Positions 13,587 through 29,488 of a stretch of DNA of 64,000 bases are shown here, piece after piece (position 1 is the first letter of the stretch; each line of letters opens with the position of its first letter). Below the pieces are notes generated by a model. The model was not told where the DNA came from. It ran no database searches and saw only the letters and a list, made by a program, of their open reading frames with translations. This DNA comes from Eledone cirrhosa (Eukaryota). Made by a program: the position numbers and the translations under genes. The DNA lies in NCBI GenBank assembly GCA_964016885.1, contig OZ024749.1, positions 22,258,001 through 22,322,000 on the forward strand. The letters run 5' to 3'.

Positions 13587-14656
13587 GTGTGTGTGTGTGC
13601 GCGTGTGTGTGCGTGCGTGTGTGTGTGTGTGTGTGTGTATGTTCGTATATGTATTTGTAGCGAAAAAGTCAATACGGAAAATAGAATAAAATAGAAAAAA
13701 AAACCTCTCCTGACGATATGGCTAGCAGCCATTGCTCGTAGTTCTGTAGGTTTCGTTAGCTCATGAAACCACAGGGTGCAGTTATAATATAATGTGTACA
13801 AACTAAACTAATATATAAATAAATAAATGAATGAACATGCCACTGGTGTTAGTGTTGTTGTTGGTGGCATTAAACACAGGCCATTTATTTACTCAATAAT
13901 CTGGCAACACCTCAAATATGTTACCGTCTATTTTCTAGTCTCCTATCATCGCAGAAACAATCAATATTTCTAGTGAAATAATTCTTCTGTTTTCTTGTTG
14001 ACGAGATCTGCTTCTCTCCATCCAACACACGTGACTGGTCTGATTGTGTTATCAACGGCTGAAAGACTATTCTCAATTCAACCGTACCACCATCTTGATT
14101 TCGTCTTGATGTCTTCTGTTTATTATTATTACTATTATTATTATTTTTTGTAGTATTTTAATTTAGTTTAACAATTCCAAATTATTTTTTGATTTTTTTT
14201 CCATTCATTTCATTTCTTTCGTTTTTCTTTTTTCTTTTTTTGGCATTTTCATTTGAAAATGTTTTGTTCCGAAACTCAGCTTCTGGCAATAAAGCATTCA
14301 CCATCCAACCAACCAAGCACCAGCATGTACGAAACATCACTCCACTATAAAAATCACCACAAAAACAACCAAAGCCACTATAAAAAAAACCCATCACAAC
14401 CCTCTTCATCAACAATTACCAATCTCGGAAATATAGAAGGACTTAATTCTGGGATTAATATGATCGGTTTAACCCATTGAAGGCAGTCCCACATCATGGC
14501 CGCTGATCATTAACTGGAAAGTAGTTAAATAATAAACGAAAGGAGGAAGACTATACATGTTTTGAATGAAGTAAAAAACAAACAAACCCATCCTTAAAAA
14601 AAAAAAAAAAATTCTTCTTCTTCTTCTTCTTCTTCTTCTTCTTCTTCTTCTTCTTC

Positions 14657-15072
14657 TTGCAGAATAGTTAGACCGTTGAACAACATGCTTTGCGGCATAT
14701 AGTTACGGCCCTCTACGCTCTTAGTTCAAATCCCACTGAGGTTCATTTTGTCTTTCAACCTTACAGGGTCAATAAAATAAAGCAGCAGTAATACACTGGA
14801 GTCGATTTAATTGAATTGCCCGTTTCCACGAAATTGCTGGCCTTGTGCCTAAATCACAAACCATTATTATTATTATTATTTTGGATTCGCAGTATCAGTA
14901 GAGAGTCGGACACTATGCCTTGCAGCACAGAGTTACGGCACTTTACGGTCTCAGTTCAAATCCCGTCGAGGTTAACTTTGCCTTTCATCTCTGTGGGGGG
15001 TCAATAAAATAAAGCACCAGTAATGTACTGGAATAATTGCTGGCCTTGTGCTAAAAGTAGAAACAATTATTT
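14657..15072 (+). mobile_element. Two adjacent tRNA-derived SINEs
   Basis: Two copies (about 14657-14870 and 14888-15072) of the 7187-7368 family with gttcaaatccc B-boxes. Confidence 0.8.
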
Positions 15073-15535
15073 TATGCCAGGAATATTGTGTTTAAAAGTG
15101 TTATTGGTTAACAACATGCCAAGCAGATATTCCCAGCAGTTTTGATGGAAAACATGACAAAAGAATAAAAGAGCAGTCTTGATGGAATGTGTTGCTGTTT
15201 CTGTAGCAGTATAAACTTTTTAGAAAAGAAGGGAGCTGACCTATCGCCGAACAAAGCTGTCTTGTTCAATGTGTGATATATTCCGGACGACGAATTTGGA
15301 TGTTGCCCCTCCAACGCCTCCACCCATATATATATATAATGACGTGTAAGTTTTTTTGGTAGTTGATTGATTCTGAGGAGTTATTCTTGCAGGAATGGAA
15401 TAGTCTTGTTAGACTATTGAAACGATCGTAAATCCATTAAATACTCTAATAATATTCCATATTTAAACTATCCTTTACACACACATCCATGATTTCATAC
15501 CAACGAAAGAGTTCTAGTCATGTAAAGGCCATTGT

Positions 15536-15570
<35 letters not shown>

Positions 15571-16356
15571 ACGAAGGGAGTGTGGTACGGAACCAGATGG
15601 ACCATAACGCACCAGAGTACTCAATATTTAGGGTAGTAGAGTGGGTAATAGGAAAATGTTTAACCCCGACGGCAGAGCTCAAGCCGTTTCGACGGTTATT
15701 TCTGAACTAAATTAGAATTTTTAGCGTGTTAATAAATAGACGAACTTTTCAATGGGTAATTCCTTATATGGGAAGATTGTAGTTGTCAAAAAGATTGGTC
15801 AAAATTTCTTGTAAACACGATTAAGTTTTTCTTGGTGGTAGGTGGGAGGTGGGGGTGGCTGAACTTGCCTGTAGAACAATGAGGGGTTGGGTGGAACCGC
15901 TGAAGCGTTGAAAGTGAATTCTATACAGCAAATTCTAAGGAGCGTGTATGAAAGCAGGCGAAAAAGAATTCTGGGGGAATTTGAGAGTGGGACGTTATAA
16001 AGTTAAAAGGTTAATAAATTGAGATTAAAAGATAATAAATAAAAAAAAAAATAATCAATAAATTTAAATAGTAACAAATAATAAAAAATAAAAAATCTCT
16101 AGAGTCTAAAGCAGCCGCTATATTTTTAGCTGGTATTGCGTTATCGGGCAATGCTATATAGAATTTACTGGGGTGGGGGTACTGAGGCTACAGAAGCCCG
16201 ATGGGCTGCCTCGGGGTAGACGAAAGATGAAAAATGAAAAGAAAGGGGAGAGGGAGTGGAAGGTAGTGAAAAGAAGAGATAAAGGGAAAACGAAAATAAG
16301 TACATCTACCCATGTATGCTGGGGTTTCTCCTATCTTGTTATATATATATATAAAT

Positions 16357-17489
16357 TTTAGTAAGTAAGTTGATTTTTAATTTTTAAAATTTTCTTATTT
16401 TACGTCTTTCATATAATTGTTCTACATCCCCCTGCATAGAACCACAAAGGTACTAAGACATAACATATATATTTGCTAGCATAGGTGAACATCTGTACAC
16501 ATATGTTGGTAAATGCATTAATTATCTATATTTATCTCCAAATTATTTGTTGAGCAAAATTTGCCAGAATTTACTGCTGATTCATGGTAGTAGTAGGCTC
16601 TTGTCATAATACCACCCCGCTCCTAACTGATTAACTTCAGTGTCACGTGATTGATTCTTTAGAATCTGCCACTGACCAGAGGCAGTGAATTTTTTCAGTG
16701 CTCCGGAATTTAGTCCTCGCTAGCTTTATTCCCTCCACTGAATTATTATTATTTTTATATGGGTTCCTAGTGTCCGCGCATCGCCTGGGAACTTAGCTGA
16801 GAATAGACTCCCTGATGACGTAAGGAATTCTCTATAGTTATATTATGTAACTATATTTATCCCCTTACAGAAACTAATTAGTTGGAGTGAAATTTTTAGT
16901 AAGTAAGTTGATTTTTATTTTTTAAAATTTTCTTACTTTACGTCTTTCATATAATTGTTCTGCATCCCCCTGCATAGAACCACAAAGGTACTAAGACATA
17001 ACATATATATTTGCTAGCATAGGTGAACATCTGTACACATATGTTGGTAAATGTACTAATTCTCTATATTTATCTCCAAATTATTTGTTGAGCAAAACTT
17101 GCCAAAATTTACTGCTGATTCATGGTAGTAGTAGGCTCTTGTCATAATACCACCCCGCTCCTAACTGATTAACCTCAGTGCCACGTGATTGATTCTTTAG
17201 AATCTGCCACTGACCAGAGGCAGTGAATTTTTTCAGTGCTCCGGAATTTAGTCCTCGCTAGCTTTATTCCATCCACTGAATTATTATTATTATTTTTATA
17301 TGGGTTCCTAGTGTCCACGCATCGCCTGGGAACTTAGCTGAGAATAGACTCCCTGATGACGTAAGAAATTCTCTATAGTTATATTATGTAACTATATTTA
17401 TCCCCTTACAGAAACTAATTAGTTGGAGTGAAAATTTTAGTAAGTAAGTTGATTTTTAATTTTTAAAATTTTCTTATTTTACGTCTTTC
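16357..17489 (+). repeat. Retrozyme-like tandem array R1 (541-bp unit, about 2.1 units)
   Basis: Head-to-tail repeat; hammerheads actcc-CTGATGA..GAA ACTAATTAGT T-ggagt at 16807-16888 and 17348-17429. Confidence 0.9.
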
Positions 17490-17720
17490 AGGTTCACCCG
17501 GGAGAGCACTCGATGTTTAGGTTCACTTCTGTGATGAGGTGTAGAGCTATACAAAGTGTAATATATAGAAAGGATAAAAAGGACGATTGATTATTCCTTC
17601 ATTGCATTTATTGATAGGTGACGCGCGTTTCGCGACTGGTCAGCTCAAGATTCAATCTATATCGATCCTACCCGACTCAATAATCCGCAGCTCGACGGAC
17701 CCTCATAAAATGTTATAAGA
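17490..17720 (-). mobile_element. PLE pLTR remnant with mutated long-stem-II hammerhead (17617-17701)
   Basis: Homologous to 63140-63463; GAAACGCGCGTC half intact, left core reads CCGTCGA. Confidence 0.6.
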
Positions 17721-18500
17721 AAATGAAATACATGCTATGTGGTAAAGTCAGAGATTCAAGAGTTTGACAAAATGAGTTGTTTTGATTGATGGGAAGGATC
17801 AAGGCGAAGTACTGGCCTGTAGTGTATATGGGGTGGGTGTGATGGTGAGATGTTGGTGACGGTCGGTGGATGAGATGGCTGTGGTGTGGTGGTGGTTGGT
17901 TGGCCTTGGCGTGTAGAGTATGTGGGGGTGGATGTGATGATATGGTGGGTATGGTTGGTTAGTAGGATGGGCTGTGGTATGAGGTTAGTGGATTGTCACT
18001 AGACGGGTTGGCATGTGTGTGGGGTATGGTATTGGTGCCGTTGTCTATGGTAGCGGCGTTTGTGGTGGTGTGGTGGATGTATTGGTGGCGTCAAGGTCCT
18101 TAACTAGATACATAGCTAGACGCTCTTCGTCTGACAGATACTTTGCATATACTTATACACACACACATATATGTATATATGTGCACACATATTGTTGTAT
18201 AAACACACCCACGACAAAACACACACGCACATCCTTGCCCACACATATCGACACACGCTCACACACAGCCATATGTATATGTACACACATGTATGTGCAT
18301 GCGCGCATGCGGACACGAATATGGAGAGTGGGGAGTATCGGTGGGGGTGGCGAACGACAGAGATGGGCGGAAGGTGAGAGGCGATGTAGAAGGTGTTTTA
18401 CATATATACATACACACACATATGGGTATGGGCACATGGACTCACACTCACGTATACAAAATATACACATACACACTCACACACACGTATACTCACATAC

Positions 18501-18586
<86 letters not shown>

Positions 18587-18758
18587 GTACAGACAACACA
18601 CACATATACACATACGTGCACATACATGAGCTCACCTACAGATACAGTCAGATTCACCCATATACATATATGTAGACGTACACATATACACACATACATA
18701 CACATACATATACACACACACATACACATACACATACACACTCACACACACGTATACT

Positions 18759-18826
<68 letters not shown>

Positions 18827-18829
<3 letters not shown>

Positions 18830-19236
18830 TGGCTGCCAACTCGTTTTCGAGTACGACCACTACTTTATATCCATGTAGGAGAACCCCTACCGATGCGCTG
18901 AACGAGTGTGACTTTTTAGTCCAGCCAGCGACTTGAAAACTCTGGTACAAACACTACACTTGTGACAACTATTGACACATAGTGTTGGGCCCATGGTACC
19001 ATGTGACGACAAGTGCGGAGAGATCTCCAGATATAAAGCAATGCCTGTGCCGTGAAGCTTTTATAGTGAGCAAAGGCACTGCACAAAGCCAGTCCCACTC
19101 TCTTAACCAAGATGATATTTACCAAAAAGAAGAACTAGTCAACATCATTGGATACCATCAGGGTTGCAGGTGTTATATCAGAGTTTTCCTTCTCCTAGAA
19201 TTCTGCCTTGACAAAGGCTAAGGGGTCATCTCTCCC

Positions 19237-19238
<2 letters not shown>
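18827..19238 (-). mobile_element. Non-autonomous RTE-derived element, 5'-truncated copy
   Basis: Matches 1713-2123. Confidence 0.65.
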
Positions 19239-19276
<38 letters not shown>

Positions 19277-19639
19277 GTACAGACAACACACACATATACA
19301 CGCACATATACACATACATGCACATACATGAGCTCACCTACACATACAGTCAGATTCACCCATATACATATATGTAGACGTACACATATACACACATACA
19401 TACACATACATATACACACACACATACACATACCCATACACATACACACATATATATACAGATATATATATACACACACATACACATATGTATACACATG
19501 TGTTCACATACACACACACACATACATATAACTATGCGTACACGCGCGCACACTTATACACCCGTATGTGTAAAAATACTTACACACAGGCACACACATT
19601 ATTATTGGTTGGGGAGTGGAAGTATGTGTTGTCGGTGTT

Positions 19640-20974
19640 GATGAAGTATGGAGTTGTGTTTTAGGGTGTGAAATTCTTTAAGTTTCTCGCCAAAGGATGA
19701 AGCAGTCATCTAGATATCGCTTCCAGTTCCTTTCTATGTGTAAGTGGAGAGTGATTCCAAATTTGTTTAGGACTTTAGTGTAGAAGGTGATTTCCAGGTA
19801 TCCCATGACTAGGTTGGCATAAGTGGGGGCTGTTTTCGTTCCCATAGCGGTCCCAGATTTCTGCCTGTAGGGTTTGTTATTGAAAACGAAATAATTGTTC
19901 TCCAAGATAAATTTGAGTCGCTCTATCACGAATTCTTTTTTGATGCGTTGTGGGAGTTCATTGTGGTAATTATACAGCCAGAATTGGATAGCTTCTCTTC
20001 CTAGGTTGTGGGGGTATGTTGGAGTATAGGTTGACTACATCGAACGTCACTAGTAGGGTTTGTTCAGAAAGGGGCATATTAGGGGGTTGATGGAGCATAT
20101 CTAGGTCGTCCCTTATATAGCTTTTGATGTGTTTGAGAAAAGGCTTGAGAAGGGTATCAATGAAGTTGCTAAGGCGGTGGGTTTCGCAAGCGGGGCCTGC
20201 TATTATAGGTCTTAATTTGAGATCATTGGGTGAGGGGACATTGATGACTATGTCCGTGGCTTCCTTGCATGCCTTACTTATTAATTCGCTTTTATTTACT
20301 TTAGGGATACCGTAGAAAAGGCTGGATTTACTTGTGAAGTCTGTGATGAAGCTGAATTCCTTGTTAGTGAGTCCTTCTTTGTATTGGTTGATCAGAGTTT
20401 TTAGGTTTCTCATAATTTTCTGTTGATTGTAGTGTTCAGCCTTTTCGTAGTATGTTTCGTTTTCCAAAGTGGAGAGCGCTAAGTTGATATAGAATTCTGT
20501 CTCCATTAGGACTACTGTACTCCGTTTATCAGCCTCTTTAATTGTAATGGTTCTGTCGGTTTTTAATCTATTTAATTCTTCCCATTCTTTCTTGTTGAGG
20601 TTTGGCTTGTGTTTTTGTCTGTGCAAGTGTTGGTAAGGGAAGTTTGTGATGTGCTCACAGAATTCGTCCAGGATTTTATTTTTACCTTTTGATGGAGTGT
20701 AATTGCTTCTATTTCTGGCTAATGATTCATCCTCTTTGTACTGGTCGAACATTTCTTCACTGAGTCGTAACTTTCTACAGAAGTCTGTGATGTCTTCCTT
20801 TATTTCATAGTAGTTAGGACGTAGTGGGGTCGGTGTGAATTTAAGACCTTTGGAGAGTAAGTTGATAAGGTTGGGTGTTGGTTCTGCACTAGTTAGATTG
20901 ATAATTTTTATTACTCTCGGTTTCTCCTCCCTGTCTTGTGTTATTTTGTTTGCCTGTACCTGTGTGCTGTGTCT
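19640..20974 (-). pseudogene. PLE reverse transcriptase
   Basis: IINLTS..LLSKGLKFTPTP, IKEADK, FYGIPKVNK, LRPII, FDVVNLYSNIP, GTAMGT..APTYANL, WKRYLDD; one frameshift near 20010. Confidence 0.92.
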
Positions 20975-22338
20975 AAAAAATGGTTGGGGTAGAGGGGTTG
21001 TCTGCTGATGTTAAGTGGTCTCCTGTGTTTGTTATATTCCTTGTTGTTGTAAAATGTGGTTCGGGTTCGTGGTTGTAGATTGAATGGGGTGTTCCTGTAT
21101 GGATGTGTGTTTCTATGTGCCATGTTGGATTGTGGTGTTATGGATGTGTGTTTCTATGTGCCATGTTGGATTGTGGTGTTATAGGTGGCCTACGTTGTAG
21201 ATTGTATCGTGTGGTGTGGGTTTGTTGTGTATTGTGGAAGCGAGAGTTGAGAAAATGGAAATTACCTTGCTGTCCCCTTGAAGCGGGGAAGTTGTTACAT
21301 CTATCATGGTGGTGGTATCTTTTCCCTATGTTTGACGATGAGGCATCCGCGTAGTAGTTGAGTGATTTGGTATGGTGTCTCCTTGAAGGGGGAAAGTTGT
21401 AAATGTCATTCTGGGGGAGATGATTTCTAGGGTTTTTGTTCCTTATTATGGTAGCGAGGTTGGTAAGTTCATCTTCGGTGTGGTGCTTCCTTCTTCTTTT
21501 GTTAGTGGTTGGGGGGTTTGCGAATGTTTGTGCGGTTCAGTTATGGGTTTTCCTATTTTTATGAACGGGTTATTGGAGCTGTAATCCGTTTGAAAAGTCG
21601 ATTCATAGTGTAGGAACCAAGCGGCACTTTTTTCCCAGCGTTGAAGGGATTTCAGTTCTTCTCTGCTGCAGTCCCCTTTCAATAATTTAGAGATCTTCTC
21701 TACCTTGGGGCCTTCAGTATTATTGTTGATTTCCAGGAGGATCTCTTCATCGATGGTTTTGATTTTTTCCTCATTTGGCTGGGCCCTCAATTTAAGAAGT
21801 TCAATTTCTATCTTCATTTTTTCCAATGCCATTCTTTCCCTAAGGTGTATTTGAGGTTCGGGTTCATTTGGAATGGACTTTATTTGTATTTTACGGGGGA
21901 GAGTTAGAGGGGTTGAGTTAAGCCATTTTTCATATATATCTCCGCTTTGTTGTGATTTTGTATCATCTTCCAGAATGAGAACTTTCTGTCTCTGAGGGAT
22001 TTGTTCCATTTTGGAATTGTTCGAATTTTCAGTTTGTATGAATCAATCTCACATTGTTCTTCGTTGGTTTTTCCTGGGTTGGTAGTAGTGAACATAGTTT
22101 GGATAGTATCGCAAAGGTTTTGAAGTTTATCGCCGATTTCGGAGGGTTTGTATCCGGTGACGGTTTCCTCATTTGTGGAGTCAAGTTTGTCGACCAGCAC
22201 AGAGAGGTTGGTGTTAATTTTATTGAGTTCCTGTAGAATCTCTTCATTTGCCTTGATAAGAGTTGTATCTGTTTTTGTTGGTATTTTCTGTATCTCGTGT
22301 GAGGATATGATATTTAAAAGAATAGAGGTGTAACTCAC
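20941..22338 (-). pseudogene. ORF1 of PLE family D (predicted coiled-coil plus low-complexity tail)
   Basis: Consecutive ORFs 22338-21904, 22009-21446 and 21123-20941 joined by frameshifts and a 41-bp duplication; E/K/L/I-rich heptad-like stretches. Confidence 0.65.
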
Positions 22339-22461
22339 GAGTTATGATATATTGGTAAAAGGAAAAGAAAATGCTGACAAATTGTTCCCAGTGAAAAATA
22401 GTTTAATTAGGAATAAGTAAAAATTATTAATAGTATTGGTTAGTATTCAGTTTTGGTTTTA

Positions 22462-22502
22462 AGTTTTTACCGGTTGCGCATTTCTAATGCTTTTCAAAAA
22501 TA
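22462..22502 (-). ncRNA. Hammerhead-like variant (UUGAAAA / GCAA core)
   Basis: ttt-TTGAAAA-GCATT aga AATGC-GCA ACCGGT A-aaa; the same core occurs at 46934-46974. Confidence 0.45.
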
Positions 22503-22864
22503 ATTTTCAGATAGAGCGCCCGTGATGTTTGCTCTAATCTGATTAGTTTCGGAAATTCTACCTGTTTTATGTAAAAAATGTGGCTCCAGATGTATGAAAA
22601 AATTCTTGTGGTTAAAACAATTTTGATTGGTCGGTAGAGGTCATGTGAATGTTAAACATTGATTTTGCACCAAATGTAGGTTTGTCTCGGCTGATTGAGA
22701 AGTCACTGAAAAATAAGTCTTTTAAGACAAATATGTGTGTGTGTGTGTAGTAGTAGTAGTAAAGAGGTTCGTTGTTGTGATAATGGTCAGCAGGGATGTG
22801 TGTACGAACCGCAGCCTGCTGACAGGTCAACAGTTCAGATGCCTATTAAGACAAGCGCGCGCGC

Positions 22865-22910
<46 letters not shown>

Positions 22911-23247
22911 CAGAGTAATTCTTGGTAGAGGGATCGTGCAGTAGGAATGTGTCTGTATGTGTGTGGGGGATATTTTAACATGTTAAAATATATTTTTCAG
23001 CTCTTGTCTTATACGGAGAAGTGTGTGTGTGTGTGTATATGTCTCTTTGTATCTTAATGTACGCGTGTGTATGTGTGTGTGTATATATATGTGTATGTGT
23101 GTGTGTGTGAATATGTGTGGGTGGACCAGTATTTTTGTGATACTGGTAAAAATGGTGTACATTATTCGATATTTTCAGTAAAAACGGTACTCTCAATAGA
23201 ACATCAAAAACCTTAATAATAAAAGGTGTGAAATGATATATAGTATT

Positions 23248-23318
<71 letters not shown>

Positions 23319-23319
23319 T

Positions 23320-23377
<58 letters not shown>

Positions 23378-23427
23378 AATATATATATATATAAATATAT
23401 ATATAATATATATTTTATATATATATT

Positions 23428-23458
<31 letters not shown>

Positions 23459-23489
23459 GTATATATAAATATATATATATTTATATATG

Positions 23490-24180
23490 AAGAAATTTCT
23501 TCATATACATGGAACCCCCCCCCCCCCCCCCCGCCACCACCACCACTATGATGGTGGCAGGAGGGATGAAGAAAAAACACACACTGGATAGTTCTAAATT
23601 GTTAGCAGCTGCAAGATATAAGCTGACCACAACACCAACAACACTACCAAAATAATGGTAGAGGTCAACTGTACTGAACAATAGCAAGCAAAAACACTAC
23701 AGGGAGCCTCACCTCAGAAAGAATTCTATAGACTTCTGACTGAGGAATGCTCTCAGAACTGACCAATGGGTAGTTTGACAATTTTTTTGCTATTTTGTTC
23801 CTTTAACACCTTGTCCCTTCTACCAGTTTATCAATTGGTTATGCTAACTCCAACAATAACAACACTTAGAATGAGGAATGTTCTAATAACTGACCAATGA
23901 GACGAGAAGAGTACCTTTGACACTGAAATTCGTTTGTTTGAATTCATATGACTCCAGTTCCTCAGTGAAATAACAACCCAACAAGGAAGTGGGCATATCA
24001 GAGTATTGACAATATTATAATATTATACACCCCAACAACATATGTACTTGTCTATACCATACTAATTCAAACTGCCTGAAGAGGTCACAGCCAAAGATGG
24101 CTGTCACTGAAATATATATAGCAGTAATAAACGAGGCTAAATTTTAATCATTTGACTTTTATTTAACTTTATTTTATATT
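23490..24180 (+). mobile_element. 3'UTR/pLTR fragment of PLE family Z with hammerhead at 24071-24125
   Basis: Homologous to 49110-49747; actgc-CTGAAGA-GGTCACAGCCA aaga TGGCTGTCACT-GAA ATATATAT A-gcagt. Confidence 0.85.
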
Positions 24181-24186
24181 TATATG

Positions 24187-24301
<115 letters not shown>

Positions 24302-24522
24302 TTAAATATATATATATATATTTATATACATATATTATATATATATATATATATATTTTTTATACCCTTTATTATTTCCTTACCTTATAAAATTATATGT
24401 TTTTTCACAAAAAAGTATTCTGTCTCTTATATATTCCATGTGCCATTACCAACCTCAATTTTCTCTCTCTCTCTATATATATATATATTTATATATATAA
24501 ATATATATTTATATTTATATAC

Positions 24523-24589
<67 letters not shown>

Positions 24590-24591
24590 AT

Positions 24592-27986
<3,395 letters not shown>

Positions 27987-28007
27987 GACGATGCCAGCCG
28001 AACAACA

Positions 28008-28451
28008 GACAGTAGGGAGGGGTGTGATATGAGGGAGAGTTAGCTGTTATTTCTAGCAGGTTTAGTGACCTCATAGAGGATATGTGTTTTCTAAATTTAA
28101 GACAGTAAGGAATGGTGTGATATGGGGAAGAGTTAGCTGCTGTTTCTAGCAGGTTTAGTGACCTCATAGAAGATATGTTTTCTAAATTTAAAACAGTAGG
28201 GAGGGATGTGATATGGGGGAGGGTTAGCTGCTGTTTCTAGCAGGTTTTGTAACCTCATAGAGGATATGTGTTTTCTAAATTTAAGACAGTAGGGAGTGGT
28301 GTGATATGGGGGAGAGTTAGCTGCTGTTTCTAGCAGGTTTAGTGACGTCATAGAAGATATGTTTTCTAAATTTAAGACAGTAGGGAGGGATGTGGTATGG
28401 GGGAGAGTTAGCTGCTGTTTCTAGCAGGTTTAGTGACCTCATAGAGGATAT
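28008..28451. repeat. Minisatellite, ~92-bp unit x5
   Basis: gacagtagggag..gttagctgctgtttctagcaggtttagtgacctcatagagg repeated five times. Confidence 0.9.
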
Positions 28452-29306
28452 TATTGTTCATCATTATCTATAAAAGGCAGATTGTTGTTGTTGTTGTGTG
28501 TGTGCACATGTTCCATGTTTATACATTTGCATAATTTCAAACCGATTCGACTCAAAGTCTGTCAGAATCCACGTACGTTGAGAGGTTTTAAAAAAGATTT
28601 ATCGCTTGTTGTTGAATAAATGTATCTGTTGCTTTTGAATAATTGTCGTTTCCTATGAAATGTAATAATTGTTTTTACTTTTTTGGCACAAGGCCATCAA
28701 ATACCCAGTACATTACTGGTACTTTATGTAATAATAAATGTTCCCTCTCTCTCTCCCTCTCACTCTCTTCTCTCTCTCTCTTCGGCAATCACGCACGTTG
28801 TTTAATTGCTTTAAATGTTGTTAATGAATAGTCGTGTATTTGTGGTTATAAATCGCGCACGTTGTTTATTTGCTTTAAATTTTTTTTGATCATTTGAAGT
28901 GAGTGTGTGTTTGTATGCGTTTGTAAATAAATCAGTAAGTTTGAAGTATAAAAGAGAAAGTAGCAAAATGGGTGGGTTGTAGATAAAGGAAAGCAGATGA
29001 TATGAGAGAGTAAAACGGACACTATCACCATCAAGCTTGGAAAGAGAAAGTAGCAGAAAGTATGAAGTTGTATAGATTTTGAATGGTAATGGATATAGTT
29101 TAGCACTTTATATGAGAGAGAAAATCGTAAAATATTGAGTTTTAGCTATATTTTGCGTAATTGTGGGTGAAATTAAAAAAATGATCTGTGCCAAGACGCA
29201 ATCGAAGCTATTTCGAATACTGAATTGTAAATTTCAATTGAAGAAATTCTATATCGTAGATTTCTACAACAAAGGAGCATGTCCATACACAGAGCTTTAT
29301 AGATTA

Positions 29307-29378
<72 letters not shown>

Positions 29379-29399
29379 TTATATATATATTTATATATA

Positions 29400-29487
<88 letters not shown>

Positions 29488-29488
<1 letters not shown>

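Larger units (their letters stand above)
19600..22560 (-). mobile_element. Two-ORF Penelope-like element family D (Neptune-like RT), 3'-truncated
   Basis: pLTR at 22350-22530 (solo copy at 46890-47093); ORF1 remnants 22338-20941; RT frame from 20974. Confidence 0.85.

Noticed and set aside
28008-28451. CRISPR-like periodicity (also 48425-48600)
   Set aside because: No cas genes, eukaryotic context, and no unique spacers in the 92-bp array
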